Virus record (IMG/VR): IMGVR_UViG_3300030330_005834 | Location: 32,001 to 96,000 of that record | DNA: 64,000 nt | Source: a virus | Lineage: Duplodnaviria > Caudoviricetes | Strand: one strand, 5' to 3' | Part shown: positions 1-8,578 of the stretch, piece by piece | How positions within the stretch are numbered: the stretch's first letter is position 1 | Layout of the letters: every line of letters starts with the position of its first letter | Notes under the pieces: generated by a model | Databases searched by the model: none | Seen by the model: the letters and a program-made list of their open reading frames with translations, nothing else | Told to the model about the DNA's origin: nothing | Position numbers and translations under genes: made by a program

Positions 1-288
1 AATTTAGAAAAAACCCTGCTAGCAAGCGGTTTTGATTTAACTTCTGCTAAAGGTGCTGCTTCTATTATTGTCGGCGGAACTGTTCTATATGAAACTGTCC
101 CCGGCTTAATGGATAACATTGAATATGGATTTGATACACTAGCCACTCTCACTGGAGGTGCCATCATCCACAGAGGTATTTATGAAGACCCAGATAGGGA
201 GAAGCTAGTGGCGTATACAATCGTCGGTGGTCTCAAATCTCCAAAGAAAAGAATTGAAGAATTGAAAAAGTTCTTGAAATTGAAATAA
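1..288 (+). CDS. FtsZ/CetZ-like tubulin-superfamily protein, C-terminal part (5' truncated by window edge)
   Basis: Frame 1 is open from base 1 to TAA at 286-288: NLEKTLLASGFDLTSAKGAASIIVGG...LATLTGGAIIHRGIYEDPDREKLVAYTIVGGLKSPKKRIEEL. This matches the FtsZ/CetZ C-terminal domain pattern (LL..DL..AKG....I.GG ... G...D.....V...GL). Not in the ORF track. Confidence 0.7.
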   Translation, partial: NLEKTLLASGFDLTSAKGAASIIVGGTVLYETVPGLMDNIEYGFDTLATLTGGAIIHRGIYEDPDREKLVAYTIVGGLKSPKKRIEELKKFLKLK

Positions 289-300
289 AAATAAGTTATA

Positions 301-663
301 ATGTCTCTCATGAAGAGCGTTATAAAAATTATTTCTATTCTTTTTGTACTCACCCCCTTTGCTGTTCAAGCACAAGATTATTCACAAGTTAGAAGGCATT
401 CAAACGTCTGGGTAAACGAGTGTAAGACTTGCCATCCATCGTATGCAGAGCTAGCTGAAAAGACAGGCATTAGAACACATCAATATTACTTTAATGTAAT
501 TTATAAACATAAAAATAGGGACGACAGGCAATTTAGTACGATTTTATCTATTGAAGAAATCGATTTTGTTGCTACATTTTTACTAATTGCTGCCTACCTT
601 CATAAGTTGGAAACAGATATGCGAAAGGCGGGAGATCATTTACAAAAAAATATTAAGTTATAA
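301..663 (+). CDS. Exported c-type cytochrome-like protein (single CxxCH)
   Basis: Sec signal peptide ending AVQA-Q; heme-binding CKTCH at 421-435; class I cytochrome c-like C-terminal helix LSIEEIDFVATFL. Confidence 0.6.
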   Translation: MSLMKSVIKIISILFVLTPFAVQAQDYSQVRRHSNVWVNECKTCHPSYAELAEKTGIRTHQYYFNVIYKHKNRDDRQFSTILSIEEIDFVATFLLIAAYLHKLETDMRKAGDHLQKNIKL

Positions 664-737
<74 letters not shown>

Positions 738-766
738 CTACATATTGTATAAACACAGAGGTTTTT

Positions 767-1393
767 ATGAAAAAATATTGGCATTTAGAAGCAGAAGATG
801 AAAAAGAAGAGCATGAAGGACCAACAATGATGGCTGGATCATCAGATGATAGTAGGGTTTCTGTAGAACACAACAGGATTTATTTTTACTCTGGTGTTAC
901 TAGGCAAGACAATTTAACACTAAACAAGTTGATTCACACAACTGGTCAAAAATTACACAATATTCAACAACTTTACAAGCTCGAATGTCCTCCTAAATTG
1001 AACCTTCATATTAATTCCTATGGAGGCTCAGTATTTTCTGGTTTCGGATCAGTAGACTACATACGAAACTGCCCAGTGCCTGTCGTATCTATTATCGACG
1101 GATGTGCAGCATCTGCTGCTACCATTATGAGCGTTGTAGCAGAAGAAAGGCTTATGCATGAACACGCTTTTATGCTCATCCACCAGTTGTCTTCGGGAAT
1201 GTGGGGAAAGTTTGAAGAGATGAAAGATGATATGAAAAACAATGAGTTGTTGATGAAAAAGATCATCGGAATCTACGAAGAACACACTAAAATACCTAAA
1301 TCAAAAATCAAAGATATTCTAAAAAGAGATTTGTGGTGGGACGCAAAAACTTGTTTAAAGTACGGTCTTGTCGATGATATTATCATCCCATGA
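767..1393 (+). CDS. clpP: ATP-dependent Clp protease proteolytic subunit-like (S14)
   Basis: HINSYGGSV, GCAASAAT (catalytic Ser), MLIHQ (His), RDLWWDA..CLKYGLVD (Asp); GAGG RBS. Confidence 0.9.
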   Translation: MKKYWHLEAEDEKEEHEGPTMMAGSSDDSRVSVEHNRIYFYSGVTRQDNLTLNKLIHTTGQKLHNIQQLYKLECPPKLNLHINSYGGSVFSGFGSVDYIRNCPVPVVSIIDGCAASAATIMSVVAEERLMHEHAFMLIHQLSSGMWGKFEEMKDDMKNNELLMKKIIGIYEEHTKIPKSKIKDILKRDLWWDAKTCLKYGLVDDIIIP

Positions 1394-1848
1394 GTGAAAA
1401 AACAATCTTAGTAAGTGGTGCCTTCAATCCGCTTCATTTCGGACATTTGTTACTTTTTAGAGCTGCCAGCAAATATGGCAAAGTAATTGTAGCGCTAAAT
1501 AGTGATGAATGGATCATTAAAAATAAGGGATATCTCTTGTTTGATTTTGAAACCAGAAAAAGTTTACTAGAAGAGTGTGAATATGTGTCTAAAGTTGTCC
1601 CCTTTGATGACAGCGACGGTGATGCGGTTTATGCCTTATTTGAGATTAGACCAACATATTTTGGTAATGGAGGGGCTGCGACGAGTTGTTCTTTACCAGA
1701 AGTTGAGATGAGAGTTTGTGAATATCTTGGTATTGAGCCTGTTTTTAATCTAGGAGATACTGTAAAGATTATTGATAATGGTGTCTTAGCGTCTGCTCAA
1801 AAATCTATAATTAATTACGCAAATAAAGAACTGGATAAGCTTGTATAA
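1390..1848 (+). CDS. Cytidylyltransferase-family nucleotidyltransferase (TagD/RfaE/RibL-like)
   Basis: SGAFNPLHFGH (HxGH), VALNSDEW..KNKG, FGNGG motifs. Confidence 0.85.
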   Translation: MSEKTILVSGAFNPLHFGHLLLFRAASKYGKVIVALNSDEWIIKNKGYLLFDFETRKSLLEECEYVSKVVPFDDSDGDAVYALFEIRPTYFGNGGAATSCSLPEVEMRVCEYLGIEPVFNLGDTVKIIDNGVLASAQKSIINYANKELDKLV

Positions 1849-1851
1849 TAT

Positions 1852-1934
1852 GTCGGGGTGGTGGAATAGGTAGACACGACAGACTTAAAATCTGTTGCTC
1901 TTTGAGCGTGGGGGTTCAAGTCCCCCTCCCGATA
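1852..1934 (+). tRNA. tRNA-Leu (anticodon TAA)
   Basis: GTCGGGG/TCCCGAT acceptor stem, GTGGAATAGGTAGACAC D arm, ACAGA-CTTAAAA-TCTGT anticodon arm, long variable arm GCTC-TTT-GAGC, GGTTCAAGTCC T arm; followed by CTA rather than CCA. Confidence 0.93.
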
Positions 1935-2762
1935 CTAAAGACTATTTTCACTCATATCAGACAGACCCAAGCCTTTCCAAAAAGGCTCAACAACTTTATC
2001 TTTTTTCTCTCCAATCCTCAATCTCTCACCTTTTCTTATGCCGTTGACAATAAAGGCTCTAAGCTCTTTAAGTGGTGGAGAAACTGATACAACTGGGAAA
2101 TAAACATTAACCGAGTGAATCATACCAACGATTTCATTGTCTCTGTTGAAAATAGGAGATCCAGAACTACCGCCCATTGCAGGCACAGAATAATATGCTC
2201 TAGTGTCTCTGTTCCCCATAAAGAAGCCCTCTAAAAGAGGAACAACATCTTGGTAGAAGATGCCAACAGGGGCGGCAACATTGTAAACTCTCTCTCCCGG
2301 CTCAAGACTTGTGGTATAAGGTGCGATCTTGGCTACTTTGGTGGTATAAAGATTGCGAGCAAATAATAAACAAGTATCAATAGTGTGATCCATGCTAATA
2401 ATATCAGACACGTATTCACCAAGACTAAAGTTTACTGATCTCATCTGTACTAATATTTTTGAACCAGCAAATTCTGACGCTAACTGCATCTCTTTTTCAA
2501 AAGAACAAACATGACCAGCAGTTAGTACGTAAGATCCTTCATCTGTTCTAGCAACAACAGCACCAGATCCAGTTGATCTACTTGTTTTTGTTAAACATTC
2601 TTTAGGATCCGCTGGATTACAAACGGTAATAGCTACATTTTGTTTTATTTTAACAAATGTGTCTCTGGCATCTCTTTGAAAGTCAAGATTAGATGTAGCG
2701 CAAGAAAGCATTGAAAGACTAAATATGAATATTGATAGTATGGTTAAAAGTCTGTTTCGCAT
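1935..2762 (-). CDS. Trypsin-like (S1) serine protease, predicted lipoprotein
   Basis: Hydrophobic signal ending MLS-C (lipobox-like); STGSG, VLTAGHVC (His), DTCLL (Asp), GGSSGSPIFN (Ser). Confidence 0.85.
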   Translation of the reverse strand: MRNRLLTILSIFIFSLSMLSCATSNLDFQRDARDTFVKIKQNVAITVCNPADPKECLTKTSRSTGSGAVVARTDEGSYVLTAGHVCSFEKEMQLASEFAGSKILVQMRSVNFSLGEYVSDIISMDHTIDTCLLFARNLYTTKVAKIAPYTTSLEPGERVYNVAAPVGIFYQDVVPLLEGFFMGNRDTRAYYSVPAMGGSSGSPIFNRDNEIVGMIHSVNVYFPVVSVSPPLKELRAFIVNGIRKGERLRIGEKKDKVVEPFWKGLGLSDMSENSL

Positions 2763-2766
2763 ACTT

Positions 2767-2773
2767 TAACTAG
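2767..2773 (-). promoter_or_regulatory. CTAnTTA motif (CTAGTTA), putative late promoter of the protease gene
   Basis: The reverse strand reads AA-CTAGTTA-AAGT-ATG, the same motif found upstream of the structural genes. Confidence 0.45.
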
Positions 2774-2780
2774 TTTCAAA

Positions 2781-2794
2781 AAAGTTTAAACTTT
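2781..2794. repeat. Perfect 14-bp palindrome AAAGTTTAAACTTT in the divergent intergenic region
   Basis: The sequence equals its own reverse complement and lies between the divergent protease and PhoH starts. Confidence 0.6.
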
Positions 2795-2832
2795 AATATT
2801 TTCTGGTAGTATTTATAATACGAGGTAACCCT

Positions 2833-4140
2833 GTGAAAAAAACATTTGTCCTAGACACCTGCGTTTTCCTATCCGATCCTAACTGCTTGAAACAGTTTGA
2901 AGAAAACGACATTATCATCCCACTTAAAGTTTTAGATGAAATAGATAAAAACAAAGCCAGACAAGACGGCGCGGGGTTTAATGCTCGCTATGTCATTCGT
3001 ATTCTAGATGTATACAGAACAAAAGGCAGTCTTTTCAAGGGCGTTTCTCTAGGAGAGGGCAAAGGAAAGCTCTTCGTACAACACTACGAAACAGAAGGTC
3101 TCCCCCACGATTTTGACTTAAGTGTACCAGATAATCAAATCATAGCTACTGCTCTCACCGAAAAAGCAAAATATAAAAGAAAAAAAGTAATTGTTGTATC
3201 GCAAGATATTAATATGCGTGTCAAATGTGACTCGCTTGGGCTATTATGTGAAGATTATGTAGCCCACGATACAGTTGAAAACAAGGACGAAGTATTTACG
3301 GGTCTATCCAAATACCTTGTTGACGAGCAAGTTGTTGATTCATTCTACGCTGGAGAAGACATTTTTGCCGACAAAGAAGAAATAAAGCTTGAGCCAAACC
3401 AGTATGTGATGCTAGTGTCCAACTCAAACGACAAGAAAACTGCTTTGGCTAGGTTTTACAACTACAACGATCCACTTGTAAAAATGTATAAGATGGAAAA
3501 TATCTGGGGTATAGATGCCAGAAACAAGGAACAATCCTTCGCCCTTGAACTCTTAATGGACCCAGATGTTGAAGTTGTGTCCCTTATCGGTCAAGCTGGT
3601 TCTGGTAAAACACTCTTGGCTGTAGCAGCAGGATTAGAACAGGTATTAGGCGATGATAATGAATATAAAAAACTTATTGTATCCCGCCCAATCCAACCAC
3701 TTGGTAAAGATATCGGCTTCCTGCCCGGAACACTTGAGGAAAAAATGGATCCTTGGCTGATGCCTATTAAGGATAATCTAGAGTTTTTGCTAGGAAATGA
3801 CAGAGATACAGTCAAAATGTACTTCGAGAAGGGCGTGATCGAGATAGAAGCCATCACATATATTCGAGGGCGTTCTATCACAAATGCCTTCATTATTATT
3901 GACGAAGCACAAAACCTCACAAGACACGAACTTAAGACTATTCTTACCCGTGTTGGCGAGGGAACAAAAATCATTCTTACTGGTGATATCGAGCAAATCG
4001 ACAATATCTATATAGACGAAACTTCCAACGGGTTAACCTATGCTGTTGAAAAGTTTAAAGAATATGATATATCAGGTCACATTACCCTCCAAAAAGGCGA
4101 GCGGTCAAAGGTTGCGACTCTAGCAGCAAAGATTTTATAA
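2833..4140 (+). CDS. phoH: PIN-domain + PhoH ATPase fusion (PhoH2/YlaK type)
   Basis: N-terminal PIN (VLDTCVFL..P, DNQII, VSQDINMRVK); Walker A GQAGSGKT; IGFLPG, YIRGRS, IIDEAQN, GDIEQID, RS; GTG start with GAGG RBS. Confidence 0.92.
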   Translation: MKKTFVLDTCVFLSDPNCLKQFEENDIIIPLKVLDEIDKNKARQDGAGFNARYVIRILDVYRTKGSLFKGVSLGEGKGKLFVQHYETEGLPHDFDLSVPDNQIIATALTEKAKYKRKKVIVVSQDINMRVKCDSLGLLCEDYVAHDTVENKDEVFTGLSKYLVDEQVVDSFYAGEDIFADKEEIKLEPNQYVMLVSNSNDKKTALARFYNYNDPLVKMYKMENIWGIDARNKEQSFALELLMDPDVEVVSLIGQAGSGKTLLAVAAGLEQVLGDDNEYKKLIVSRPIQPLGKDIGFLPGTLEEKMDPWLMPIKDNLEFLLGNDRDTVKMYFEKGVIEIEAITYIRGRSITNAFIIIDEAQNLTRHELKTILTRVGEGTKIILTGDIEQIDNIYIDETSNGLTYAVEKFKEYDISGHITLQKGERSKVATLAAKIL

Positions 4141-4148
4141 CTTTTTTC

Positions 4149-4177
4149 TTGACAAAACTTAAATATTACATTATATT
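4149..4177 (+). promoter_or_regulatory. Sigma70-type promoter
   Basis: TTGACA (4149-4154), 17-nt spacer, TATATT (4172-4177), ending 11 nt upstream of the tRNA gene. Confidence 0.75.
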
Positions 4178-4188
4178 AATGTATATTA

Positions 4189-4265
4189 GGGCTTGTAGTT
4201 CAGTTGGTTAGAGCGTTCGCCTCATAAGCGAGTTGTCCTCGGTTCGAGTCCGAGCGAGCCCACCA
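4189..4265 (+). tRNA. tRNA with CAT anticodon, probably tRNA-Ile2 (lysidine type); Met not excluded
   Basis: GGGCTTG/CGAGCCC acceptor stem with encoded ACCA end; TTCGC-CTCATAA-GCGAG anticodon arm; GGTTCGAGTCC T arm. The GGGCTTGTAG start resembles tRNA-Ile. It lacks the initiator GGG/CCC anticodon stem and C1 mismatch. Confidence 0.88.
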
Positions 4266-4280
4266 AATACGGAGAAAAAA

Positions 4281-4577
4281 ATGGACATTGAGTTTAAAGA
4301 TAGTGTTGAAGATGCCAATGAAGTTCTTGATGAGGTTGTACAACCTGTAAATGAACTTAAAACTATGTTGGTAAATTATGTTGGTCAAAAACAAACTCCC
4401 GATGGAGATAATGTAACAGTCGAAATGATTGTCGATCAGCTTGCAAATGAATTTCCAGAGTTTGTTTTGGCGGTAGCGGAAGAAAACTTTGTAAGAGGAT
4501 ACCAACAAGCCCTTACCGATGTAGATATCGGCAGAAAAGCATGGGAAGAAGAACAACAAGAAAATGAGCAAGAGTGA
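4281..4577 (+). CDS. Hypothetical acidic protein
   Basis: Real start is the ATG at 4281 after GGAG (4271-4274); the track's longer ORF from 4233 overlaps the tRNA. Confidence 0.7.
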   Translation: MDIEFKDSVEDANEVLDEVVQPVNELKTMLVNYVGQKQTPDGDNVTVEMIVDQLANEFPEFVLAVAEENFVRGYQQALTDVDIGRKAWEEEQQENEQE

Positions 4578-5259
4578 TTACATAAGGGAGAGTTTAAAAA
4601 AATCTAAATCCATGAGTCACTATAGCTTATTTGGTTCTGAAATACCCATTTACATAAAAGATGAACTAATCTTCACAGATGACAAAAGTACTGTTGAAGA
4701 TGTAATAAAAATAGTAGAAAATTCACTTCCTTCCTTCCTTGTCTCTAATGTAGATGTAATCTATGTTGGGGACTTTTCTTTATTTCAAGAACGAGACACA
4801 AATGCTGCCTATGAAAACGGAGCGATTTATGTTATAAATGTTCAAGACAATGCCGAAGACATGGCTGATGATATTGTTCACGAGATAGCACATGCTGTGG
4901 AAGAGAAGTATCATGACGAAATTTATGGAGATGGTAGAGTAGAGAATGAGTTTCTTGGAAAAAGGGCAAAATTATATCAGATACTAAAGGCTTACGAAGA
5001 GCCGTTACTGGACTACATATACTTCCAGTATCCTCTCTATAATCACAAATTTGATGAGTATTTATATACCCAAGTGGGATATCCTGCCCTTTCTGCTTAC
5101 GCAAATGGTTTGTTTTATTCGCCCTATGCTATCACATCCGTGAGAGAATACTTCGCAAGGGGCTTTGAAGCATATTTTTTGTATAAAGATCTAAAAACAC
5201 TTGCTAATATTAGCCCCATACTGTATAATAGGATTGAAACCTTAGCAGATATGGAGTAA
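4564..5259 (+). CDS. Zincin-type metallopeptidase-like protein
   Basis: DIVHEIAH (HEXXH) plus downstream REYFA third-ligand motif. Confidence 0.65.
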   Translation: MSKSDYIRESLKKSKSMSHYSLFGSEIPIYIKDELIFTDDKSTVEDVIKIVENSLPSFLVSNVDVIYVGDFSLFQERDTNAAYENGAIYVINVQDNAEDMADDIVHEIAHAVEEKYHDEIYGDGRVENEFLGKRAKLYQILKAYEEPLLDYIYFQYPLYNHKFDEYLYTQVGYPALSAYANGLFYSPYAITSVREYFARGFEAYFLYKDLKTLANISPILYNRIETLADME

Positions 5260-5261
5260 AA

Positions 5262-6035
5262 ATGGCTCACATTAGCTTTTCTGAGGCAAAAAACTGGAAC
5301 TTTTGCCCCTTTTATCACAAATTAATGAACCTAGACAAGGTAAAAGGCTTCCAAGGCAACGCTTTTACCGCTTTTGGTAATGCCATCCACGACACTTGTG
5401 AGAAGATGATGACCGAGGGTTTAGACGACAAAAAGTCGTTTTTTGACCTAAAATTCAAGGAAATCCTTGAAAATCTGCCTGAAGATGCCAATAAAGACCC
5501 TAAATTGGTCAATTCTATGAAAAATCAAGGTCCTTTGATACTAGATGAGGTACTTCCCGCCATGGAAGAGCACTTTGGAGAGTATGAAGTCCTCGCCGCC
5601 GAGGAAGATTTGATGGAATTGATTGAAGATTTCCCTTGCGAAGAGAAAAATAAGTTCAAAGGCTTCATTGACTTGGTTATTAAGACCCCTGACGGCAAAA
5701 CACACATCATTGATTGGAAAACTTGCTCTTGGGGCTGGGATGCAAGGCGCAAAAGCGACCCAATGATGACATATCAGCTTACTTTCTATAAGCATTACTG
5801 GGCGAAGAAGCATAATGTTGATCCAAAGACGGTAGAAACTCATTTCGCACTACTTAAGAGAACCGCAAAGAGCGACAGAGTAGAAATATTTCGTGTGACA
5901 AGCGGAAAGATAAAAACTCAAAATGCACTTAAATTTCTTGAAAAAGCAATTTATAATATTGAGAAGAAAAACTTCATTAAGAACAGGCTTGCTTGCCGCA
6001 AGTGTGAATTTCACAAAACGGAACACTGCCCATGA
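5262..6035 (+). CDS. PD-(D/E)XK nuclease, Cas4/AddB-like with Fe-S cysteines
   Basis: ISFS..KNWNFCP, FGNAIH, E.., KGFIDLV, IIDWKT, YQL.FY and C-terminal CRKCEF....C. Confidence 0.85.
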   Translation: MAHISFSEAKNWNFCPFYHKLMNLDKVKGFQGNAFTAFGNAIHDTCEKMMTEGLDDKKSFFDLKFKEILENLPEDANKDPKLVNSMKNQGPLILDEVLPAMEEHFGEYEVLAAEEDLMELIEDFPCEEKNKFKGFIDLVIKTPDGKTHIIDWKTCSWGWDARRKSDPMMTYQLTFYKHYWAKKHNVDPKTVETHFALLKRTAKSDRVEIFRVTSGKIKTQNALKFLEKAIYNIEKKNFIKNRLACRKCEFHKTEHCP

Positions 6036-7288
6036 CAGACAAAAAAATAAAAGTATTAACCATTAGTGACCACCCCCTCTCTCCCTCTGGTGTTGGAACG
6101 CAGACAAAATATATGATCGAAGCGTTGCTTGAAACAGGTAGATATCAGGTTATATCTCTGGGAGGAGCAGTAAAGCACAAAAATTATGATCCTCACGCTG
6201 TAGATCCTTACGGTGACGATTGGATCGTTTTCCCGGTCGATGGATATGGCGATCAAGATAAAATAAGATCAATATTAAGAACACAAAAACCAGATATTAT
6301 GTGGTTCATGACCGATCCTCGCTTCTATGAATGGCTCTGGATGATTGATAATGAAGTTAGAGAGCATATCCCAATGGTTTATTATCATGTATGGGATAAT
6401 TTCCCAGCGCCAGTTTTTAATAAATCTTTTTATGAATCAAATGATTTAATTGCGTCGATATCCAAGGTTACATATGATGTTGTTAGTGAGGTGACTGACA
6501 AGGTAGAAAACATATACCTACCTCACGCTGTGGATTCTAAATTTTTTAAGCCTTTGAACAAAGAAGAAGTTCAAAAAATCAAAAAACAACAGGGCTTAGA
6601 GGATAAATTTATTTTCTTCTGGAACAACAGAAACGCAAGAAGAAAACTTAGTGGTAGTTTGGTTTATTGGTTTAAAAAGTTTTGTGATAGGGTTGATCGC
6701 GATAAAGTCGTATTAATTATGCATACAGACCCTTCAGACCCTTATGGGCAAGACTTGGAACATCTCATTAATCACTTTGGCGTAAATAGTGGAGAAATTA
6801 TGATTTCTAGAGATAAGATTCCGCCCGATCAACTTTCTATGATGTACAATATCGCTGACTGTACGATTAATGTCTCCGACGCCGAAGGTTTTGGATTAGC
6901 AACCCTAGAGTCTCTTGCATGTGGTACCCCAATTATAGCTACAATGACAGGTGGTCTACAAGAGCAGGTTACAGATGGAGAAAACTGGTTCGGCATTGGT
7001 ATTGAACCATCTTCAAAGGCACTCATCGGCTCCCAACAAGTGCCCTATATTTTTGAAGATAGAATTAATGGGGAACACCTTATTGAAGCTTTAGAAAAAA
7101 TGTACAATATGCCTGCCGAAGAAAGAGAAGCGTTGGGAAGCAAAGGGCGCGAACATGTTATGAAAAATTATAACTTTGAAGATTACAAAAGTTCATGGGT
7201 AGATACGATGGATAAAGTTCACAAAGATCATGGATCTTGGGAAAGTAGAAAGAATTATTCACGCTGGACTCTACAAAAAATTAATTAA
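6032..7288 (+). CDS. Glycosyltransferase, GT-B fold (GT4-like)
   Basis: SGVGTQ, PHAVD, NRN.RRK, EGFGLATLESLACGTP (EX7E). Confidence 0.9.
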   Translation: MTDKKIKVLTISDHPLSPSGVGTQTKYMIEALLETGRYQVISLGGAVKHKNYDPHAVDPYGDDWIVFPVDGYGDQDKIRSILRTQKPDIMWFMTDPRFYEWLWMIDNEVREHIPMVYYHVWDNFPAPVFNKSFYESNDLIASISKVTYDVVSEVTDKVENIYLPHAVDSKFFKPLNKEEVQKIKKQQGLEDKFIFFWNNRNARRKLSGSLVYWFKKFCDRVDRDKVVLIMHTDPSDPYGQDLEHLINHFGVNSGEIMISRDKIPPDQLSMMYNIADCTINVSDAEGFGLATLESLACGTPIIATMTGGLQEQVTDGENWFGIGIEPSSKALIGSQQVPYIFEDRINGEHLIEALEKMYNMPAEEREALGSKGREHVMKNYNFEDYKSSWVDTMDKVHKDHGSWESRKNYSRWTLQKIN

Positions 7289-7306
7289 TTTAAATAAGGA
7301 TTTTAA

Positions 7307-8578
7307 ATGAGAAAGAAAATTTTATTAAGAGGTCCAGTCCTTAGCAGGTCTGGCTATGGAGAGCAATCTAGATATGCCTTGAGATCTCTTAGGAAACACG
7401 AAGATAGGTTTGACATATACTTGATAAATACACAATGGGGCGGCACAGGATTTGCTCCGGAAGATAACGAAGAGAGGCAGTATATAGATTTCTTAATTCA
7501 AAAAACATATCACTATGTTCAAAGCAATGGAGGTCAGCCTAGCTTTGATTTGTCGCTTCAAGTTACCATACCCAATGAGTGGGAAAAGCTAGCACCAGTA
7601 AACGTGGGTTATACTGCTGGAATTGAGACGACTAAAATAGCTCCACAGTGGATAGAGAAGTGTATGTTGATGGACAGAATTATTGTCACTTCGACACATT
7701 CTAAAAATACAATGGTTGATACCTCTTATGATATCCATGACCCTGCTGATGATAAAGTTGTTGGCAAGGCGTCTATAAAAACACCTGTCGAAGCAATTGG
7801 TTATCCAGTTAAATTAACAAAAAAGAAATCAGTTAATCTTGATTTGGAAACAGATTTTAATTTTCTGGCTGTTTCTCAATGGGGTCCCAGAAAGAACACA
7901 GCCAATACTGTTAAATGGTTTTTAGAAAACTTTAAAGATAATCCAAATGTTGGACTAGTGTTAAAGGGTTTCATAAGAAATAATTCCACAACAGATAAGA
8001 ATCACACACTATCAATCTTGAAAAATATGGTAAGTGAAGATACGAAGTGTAAGATTTATTTGCTACATGGAGATCTTACGGATGAAGAGATGATAGGACT
8101 TTATTCGCATAAAAAAATAAAATGTTTAATTTCGCTATCTCATGGGGAAGGGTGGGGACTCCCTCTGTTCGAAGCAGCATATACTGGTCTTCCAATTATT
8201 ACTACGAACTGGAGCGGTCAATGTGATTTCTTAAACAAAACAACCAAGCAAAGAAAAAAGGGCTCCAAGAAAAAAACTGAAACTGTTTCAAAGCCAATGT
8301 TTTGTGAAGTAGAGTACACTCTGGGACCGATACCCCCATCAGCAGTTTGGGATGGAGTATTACAGGCAGATTCTATGTGGTGTTATCCATCGGAGGCTAG
8401 CTATAAAAAAGCTCTATCAAACGTATACAGTGACTATGAAAAGTATCAAGAAGTGGCTAAAGATTTAAAAACTTGGGTAAAAAAAGAATTTGAAGCTGAC
8501 AAGCAGTACGATGCATTCGCAAACGCGGTTTCGCCAAAGGAAGAAAATAAAGAAGAATCTGTCGTGAGCTTTGACTAA
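7307..8578 (+). CDS. Glycosyltransferase, GT-B fold (GT4-like)
   Basis: SGYG, W.PRKN, GEGWGLPLFEAAYTGLP (EX7E). Confidence 0.88.
   Translation: MRKKILLRGPVLSRSGYGEQSRYALRSLRKHEDRFDIYLINTQWGGTGFAPEDNEERQYIDFLIQKTYHYVQSNGGQPSFDLSLQVTIPNEWEKLAPVNVGYTAGIETTKIAPQWIEKCMLMDRIIVTSTHSKNTMVDTSYDIHDPADDKVVGKASIKTPVEAIGYPVKLTKKKSVNLDLETDFNFLAVSQWGPRKNTANTVKWFLENFKDNPNVGLVLKGFIRNNSTTDKNHTLSILKNMVSEDTKCKIYLLHGDLTDEEMIGLYSHKKIKCLISLSHGEGWGLPLFEAAYTGLPIITTNWSGQCDFLNKTTKQRKKGSKKKTETVSKPMFCEVEYTLGPIPPSAVWDGVLQADSMWCYPSEASYKKALSNVYSDYEKYQEVAKDLKTWVKKEFEADKQYDAFANAVSPKEENKEESVVSFD

Noticed and set aside
5262-6035. Cas4-like nuclease as a sign of CRISPR-Cas
   Set aside because: No repeat-spacer array or other cas genes seen; stand-alone Cas4-like nucleases are common in phages.
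7278-7291. AT-only palindromes (AAATTAATTAATTT here; similar near 41512)
   Set aside because: Expected by chance in AT-rich gaps; no GC stem or U-tract to support a terminator.
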